Part shown: positions 33,206 through 33,214 of the stretch, piece after piece
How the letters are laid out: each line of letters opens with the position of its first letter
Position numbering within the stretch: the first letter of the stretch is position 1
Source: an uncultured Eubacteriales bacterium
GTDB lineage: Bacteria > Bacillota > Clostridia > Lachnospirales > CAG-274
Direction of reading: 5' to 3'
Assembly (NCBI GenBank): GCA_902497185.1
Contig: CABVEG010000001.1
Span: 1 to 33,214 of the forward strand
DNA length: 33,214 bases
Program-made: the position numbers and the translations under genes
The notes under the pieces: model-generated
Databases searched by the model: none
What the model was told of the DNA's origin: nothing
The model's input: only the letters and a program-made list of their open reading frames with translations

Positions 33206-33214
33206 TGGTAAAAC

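Overview
A 33.2-kb chromosomal segment of a low-GC (about 33-36%) anaerobic Firmicute. Dockerin and cohesin modules, Thr/Glu-rich linkers and pectin-esterase domains point to a Ruminococcaceae/Oscillospiraceae-like fibre or pectin degrader; no species can be named from sequence alone. Most genes are on the minus strand. Left to right: a dockerin-bearing transglutaminase-like protein abutting hisC; a MarR-MATE efflux module convergent with a MarR-regulated heterodimeric ABC exporter; a gene-free, hairpin-dense region of about 550 nt (8.56-9.11 kb); a divergent short cis-prenyltransferase; DUF1292-like and DagK-like genes; a pyrK-pyrD-lipoprotein operon; a 1214-aa tandem beta-helix dockerin protein; a membrane/cytidylate-kinase-like fusion; a solitary tRNA-Asp; a MerR/GyrI-like regulator; small lipoproteins; a 1907-aa CE8+CE12+cohesin-like wall-anchored enzyme; hpf; a DnaA-box cluster; split chrA; and an AT-rich prophage remnant (portal fragment plus intact PBSX-type large terminase). 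Best candidates for something undescribed: (a) the ornate multi-junction non-coding region at 8.56-9.11 kb, whose 43-nt hairpin recurs inverted at 33.07 kb next to another long nested palindrome; (b) the enzyme-scaffoldin hybrid with dockerin partners in the same window, a possible cell-surface pectin-degrading complex; (c) an origin-like DnaA-box/AT-repeat cluster away from any dnaA gene; (d) the DUF6198 membrane domain fused to a cytidylate-kinase-like domain. All protein family calls come from motif recognition by eye; no database search was run.
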